NCBI GenBank assembly: GCA_018268955.1
Contig: JAFDVO010000008.1
Location: forward strand, 22,988-86,987
DNA length: 64,000 nucleotides
Direction of reading: 5' to 3'
Source of the DNA: Acidobacteriota bacterium
GTDB lineage: Bacteria > Acidobacteriota > Vicinamibacteria > Vicinamibacterales > CAVVIG01
The notes beneath the pieces are model-generated. The model searched no databases. It was not told where the DNA came from and was given only the letters and a program-made list of their open reading frames with translations. The position numbers and the translations under genes were made by a program. Shown piece after piece: positions 61,613 to 64,000 of the stretch. Positions within the stretch are counted from its first letter, which is position 1. Each line of letters starts with the position of its first letter.

Positions 61613-63082
61613 ATGTCCTCCGAGCCCGGCCCGCCAGAGCACCCCCGATCCACGCTGCCGCCCTGGGCCCGCGTCCTCGATCTGGCGTGCCTGGCCATTG
61701 TCCTGCTCGCAGCGGTGGTTGCCGCCTGGGGCGGATTCCGCATGCGCGTCGGCGGCATCCGGGTGGCGCTCACCTCGCCGTACCGGGTCTTCGCCGTCGC
61801 CGCACTGATCGCGGTCGTTCGACACCTGCTCGTGCCGCGTCCTCCGATCTACGCCGACCTCCCCGGCCGTCTCCGTGCGAACCTTGCGACGACGCCTGCG
61901 CGGACCGCATTCGGCGCGCTGGTCGGCACGCGGCCCGCGATCCTCTTTGTCGGCTACATGGCGGTCGTCGTTTTCGGCTTCGGCGCGGGAGGGCGCGCCC
62001 CGTATCGGCTGTCGGACAACGAGGCCGCCAACCTTCAGGTCCGCTGGGACATGCCGTGGTACTTCGGCATCGCCTCCGAAGGCTACCACTTCAACCCCAA
62101 CTACCACGGCCAGCAGAACGTCGTGTTCTTTCCGGCGTTCCCCATGATCTGGCGCCTGGCCGCGCGGCTGCTCGGTGGGCAGACGATGGCGTACGTGACG
62201 GCGGGAACGGTGGTGGTCTTCGTCTGCTTCTTCGTCGCGCTGACGTACCTCTTCCGCCTGGCGAGGGAACTGACTGGCGAGGATGATCCGGCGCGCTTCA
62301 CGGTGTGGCTGCTCGCGACCTATCCGTTCGCGCTGTTCTACGGCGCGATCTACACCGAGTCGCTGTTCCTGCTCGGTGCGACCGCCGCGTTCTTCCATTT
62401 CCGCCGCCGTGAGTTCGTGGCCGCAGGGCTGTGGGGGCTGCTCGTCGGGCTCACGCGGCCGAACGGCTGCTTTCTCTCCATTCCGCTCGCGTTGATCGCC
62501 ATTGCGCCGTGGCTGCCGCGGTGGCTGAATGGCGGAGCGGACCAGAACATCGAGCGTGAACCAGGGAGAAAGCGGTTCGCTGCGCTGGTGCCGGCCATGC
62601 TGACCTCGGCCATGCCGGGTGTTGGCGTGCTGCTCTACTCGGGGTGGATGTGGTACTTCACCGGCAACCCGCTCCAGTGGGCTGCCGGCCACGCGGCGTG
62701 GGGCCGGGAGTACGTGGGCTTCGCCCCGCTGATTGCCGACCGCTACGACTGGCTGGTGAACGCCGGGCTCTACACGTACTCGACCTACGTGCCGACCGAC
62801 TTCCTCAACACCATCGGCGCGTTCTTCGCGCTCGCGTGTGCAATTCCGGTGGCGCGCCGGCTCGGACTTGCCTACGCCGTGTTCATCCTCATCAACATCC
62901 TGCCGCCGATGGCGGCGGGTGGCATGTTGTCGATGGGGCGGTTCTCGTCCGTGCTGTTCCCCGCGTTCATCTGGTGCTCAACCGTCATTCCAGTGCGGCA
63001 CCGCGCCGGCTGGCTGGCGACGTTCATGGCCATGCAGGCGCTGAACGCCACGCTGTTCTATACGTGGAGAGAGCTCTTCTAG
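61613..63082 (+). CDS. Polytopic GT-C-like membrane protein (PIG-V/mannosyltransferase-like)
   Basis: 489 aa. The block RWDMPWYFGIASEGYHF...VVFFPAFPMIWRL resembles the PIG-V family signature by recall. More than 10 helices. Confidence 0.6.
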   Translation: MSSEPGPPEHPRSTLPPWARVLDLACLAIVLLAAVVAAWGGFRMRVGGIRVALTSPYRVFAVAALIAVVRHLLVPRPPIYADLPGRLRANLATTPARTAFGALVGTRPAILFVGYMAVVVFGFGAGGRAPYRLSDNEAANLQVRWDMPWYFGIASEGYHFNPNYHGQQNVVFFPAFPMIWRLAARLLGGQTMAYVTAGTVVVFVCFFVALTYLFRLARELTGEDDPARFTVWLLATYPFALFYGAIYTESLFLLGATAAFFHFRRREFVAAGLWGLLVGLTRPNGCFLSIPLALIAIAPWLPRWLNGGADQNIEREPGRKRFAALVPAMLTSAMPGVGVLLYSGWMWYFTGNPLQWAAGHAAWGREYVGFAPLIADRYDWLVNAGLYTYSTYVPTDFLNTIGAFFALACAIPVARRLGLAYAVFILINILPPMAAGGMLSMGRFSSVLFPAFIWCSTVIPVRHRAGWLATFMAMQALNATLFYTWRELF

Positions 63083-63138
63083 GCGGTAGGCGATGGGCGA
63101 TGGGCGCCAGGCTCGAGACGCTCGGGCCGCGGCTCTTG
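63083..63138. repeat. GGCNNTG-type heptamer run starting at the first base after the stop
   Basis: After TAG 63080-63082: gcggtag gcgatgg gcgatgg gcgccag gctcgag acgctcg ggccgcg gctcttg. Confidence 0.65.
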
Positions 63139-63151
63139 CTGGGTGCAGACG

Positions 63152-63991
63152 ATGACCAAAGTGCGACGGTTCACGCAACTGGACGTATTCACGACACAGC
63201 CGCTCCTCGGCAACCCGCTGGCGGTGGTGCACGATGCCGCCGGCCTGACCGATCTGGACATGGCGGCGTTCGCGCGGTGGACCAACCTGTCCGAGACGAC
63301 CTTCCTGTTCCACCCAACGGAGCCGGGTGCGGACTACTGGGTCCGCATCTTCACGCCGGGCGGCGAACTGCCGTTCGCGGGGCATCCGACGCTCGGCAGC
63401 GCGCACGCGTGGCTGCTCGCGGGCGGTCGTCCCACGCGCGACGGTGAGGTCGTCCAGCAGTGCGGCGTCGGGCTCGTGCGAGTGCGGTACACCGGCGCAC
63501 GGCTCGCATTCGCCGCGCCTCCCCTGAGGCGCAGCGGTCCTGCGGACGATGCGATGCGCGCACAGGTGGCGACGGCGTTGCGGATTGAACCGGATGCCAT
63601 AGTGGCCCTGGAGTGGGTGGACAACGGACCCGGCTGGCTTGCCGTGATGCTGGCGGACGCCGATGCCGTCCTCGCGCTGCGGCCGGACTTCTCCGCCATG
63701 CATGGACTGAAGCTCGGGATTGTCGGACCGTACGCGGCCGGTGGCGACGCGCACTTCGAAGTGCGTGCCTTCGTGCCGACGCTCGGTGTTCCCGAGGACC
63801 CGGTCACAGGGAGTCTCAACGCGGGCCTCGCGCAGTGGCTGATCGGCAGCGGGCGTGCGCCGGCGCGCTACGTCGCGCGCCAGGGGAGAGCGCTCGGGCG
63901 GGATGGCCGTGTCCATGTGACGCAGGAGGATGGCGACATCTGGATTGGGGGCGATGTCGTGGCGGTAGTACAGGGCACGGTCGACGTCTAG
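63152..63991 (+). CDS. PhzF-family isomerase-like protein
   Basis: Lies in ORF 63143-63991 (GTG); ATG 63152 gives MTKVRRFTQLDVFTTQPLLGNPLAVV, the typical PhzF N-terminus. Also SETTFL and GHPTLGSAHAW. Confidence 0.85.
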   Translation: MTKVRRFTQLDVFTTQPLLGNPLAVVHDAAGLTDLDMAAFARWTNLSETTFLFHPTEPGADYWVRIFTPGGELPFAGHPTLGSAHAWLLAGGRPTRDGEVVQQCGVGLVRVRYTGARLAFAAPPLRRSGPADDAMRAQVATALRIEPDAIVALEWVDNGPGWLAVMLADADAVLALRPDFSAMHGLKLGIVGPYAAGGDAHFEVRAFVPTLGVPEDPVTGSLNAGLAQWLIGSGRAPARYVARQGRALGRDGRVHVTQEDGDIWIGGDVVAVVQGTVDV

Positions 63992-64000
63992 GCGGACCTG

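Overview
This is a visibly GC-rich bacterial chromosomal segment (G+C not computed), densely coding on both strands. I call about 55 protein genes, one tRNA-Leu(CAA), two decayed gene remnants, and no rRNA, CRISPR or intact mobile element. The gene content suggests an Acidobacteriota-like soil bacterium (inference only): a giant CarboxypepD_reg-type TonB-like receptor, five DUF5916/CBM9-like outer-membrane paralogs, a fused MFS/spermidine-synthase-like protein and an ActBCD-like quinol complex.

Gene order:
- End of an ActB/ActC/ActD-like membrane redox module, then a cytochrome c-PQQ propeller quinohemoprotein.
- Three tandem DUF5916 paralogs and a decayed restriction-enzyme-like remnant.
- Cupin, cyclase, fused MFS/spermidine-synthase-like protein, di-haem cytochrome c peroxidase, TonB-like receptor, Tat-exported molybdoenzyme, CsbD and an lmo0937-type miniprotein.
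- A fourth DUF5916 gene followed by a polytopic membrane protein and a GT2 glycosyltransferase; a BON/LysM protein.
- An atypical OmpR-type regulator with three coupled paralogous lipoproteins; tannase-like esterase; tRNA-Leu.
- carD, plsC, an OPT transporter, rex-moaC-glutaminyl cyclase, and a fifth DUF5916 gene.
- CDF transporter, lepB, a lytS/lytTR-type two-component system, an orphan nuoI, and a homocysteine methyltransferase/MTHFR fusion.
- A glycosylation cluster (GT39, GT2, GT-B) and lon.
- A lipid-like cluster (KAS-II-type synthase, FAD reductase, two ICMT-type methyltransferases, PIG-V-like GT-C) and a PhzF-like isomerase.

The most unusual signal is not a gene. By my own by-eye count, 12 of the 21 intergenic gaps of about 70 nt or more contain tandem, phase-locked arrays of degenerate heptamers or octamers.
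- The arrays use a small shared vocabulary: GGCTYCR, GGAGGTY/ACCTCC, GGCNNTG, GAAnTCA, GGAAYGCA and CAAYTCAC.
- They usually start at or within a few nt of a stop codon.
- They are oriented with the upstream gene, and they mirror each other between convergent genes.

I could not run any database search, folding or statistics. All family names are recall-based and all periodicities were read by eye.
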